Shown here piece after piece: positions 58,508 to 58,808 of a stretch of DNA of 58,808 nt. Source of the stretch: Octopus bimaculoides (Eukaryota); contig NC_068991.1 in assembly GCF_001194135.2 (NCBI RefSeq), forward strand, positions 18,313,040-18,371,847, read 5' to 3'. Each line of letters opens with the position of its first letter. Position 1 is the stretch's first letter. The notes beneath the pieces were generated by a model, which ran no database searches, was not told the DNA's origin, and saw nothing but the letters and a program-made list of their open reading frames with translations. Made by a program: the position numbers and the translations under genes.

Positions 58508-58808
58508 TTTTACTTGTTTCAGTCGTTTGACTGCGGCCATGCTAGAGCACCGCCTTTAGTCGAGCAAATCGACCCCAGGACTTATTCTTTGGACGCCTAG
58601 TACTTATTCTATCGGTCTCTTTTGCCGAACCGCTAAGTTACGGGGACGTAAACACACCACCATCGGTTGTCAAGCGATGTTGGGGGGGGGGGACAAACAT
58701 ATACACGCACATACATATATATATATACATATATACGACAGGCTTCTTTCAGTTTCCATCTACCAAATCCACTCACAAGGCTCTGGTCGGCCCAAGGCTA
58801 TAGTAGAA
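58508..58808 (-). mobile_element. SINE family D copy, cut by the window end
   Basis: Near-identical to 49888-50117 and to the reverse complement of 26289-26612. Confidence 0.88.

Overview
This is an AT-rich, microsatellite-dense metazoan scaffold segment with 10 N-gaps. The repeat families and gene content point to a coleoid cephalopod, most likely Octopus (inference). Two protein-coding genes can be supported, both on the minus strand. (1) A complete 18-coding-exon ERMARD/C6orf70 (DUF4209, tandem-HEPN) ortholog at 54926->34309. I reconstructed it by hand: 2154 nt of CDS, 717 aa, with GT-AG introns and consistent phases throughout. (2) An intronless 390-aa class A orphan GPCR at 20684->19512 with unusual microswitch residues (NRF instead of DRY, Q3.43, no TM3-ECL2 disulfide, almost no N-terminus). 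The rest is a nested mosaic of at least four tRNA-derived SINE families, RTE LINE 3' ends with an internal 115-bp VNTR, an R4/Dong-like fragment in (AAT)n, TTAA/piggyBac-type and hAT MITEs, a mariner 5' end, and a telomere-repeat-carrying hairpin element. The most striking unexplained signal is a short element that fuses a Pol III tRNA head to a Penelope-type minimal hammerhead ribozyme (32752-33019). It has a diverged relative at ~38497-38707 and a fold-back, TSD-flanked derivative at 6111-6345. Most ORFs in the supplied track are microsatellite, gap or antisense-repeat artefacts. All homology calls come from recalled family knowledge, not from searches.
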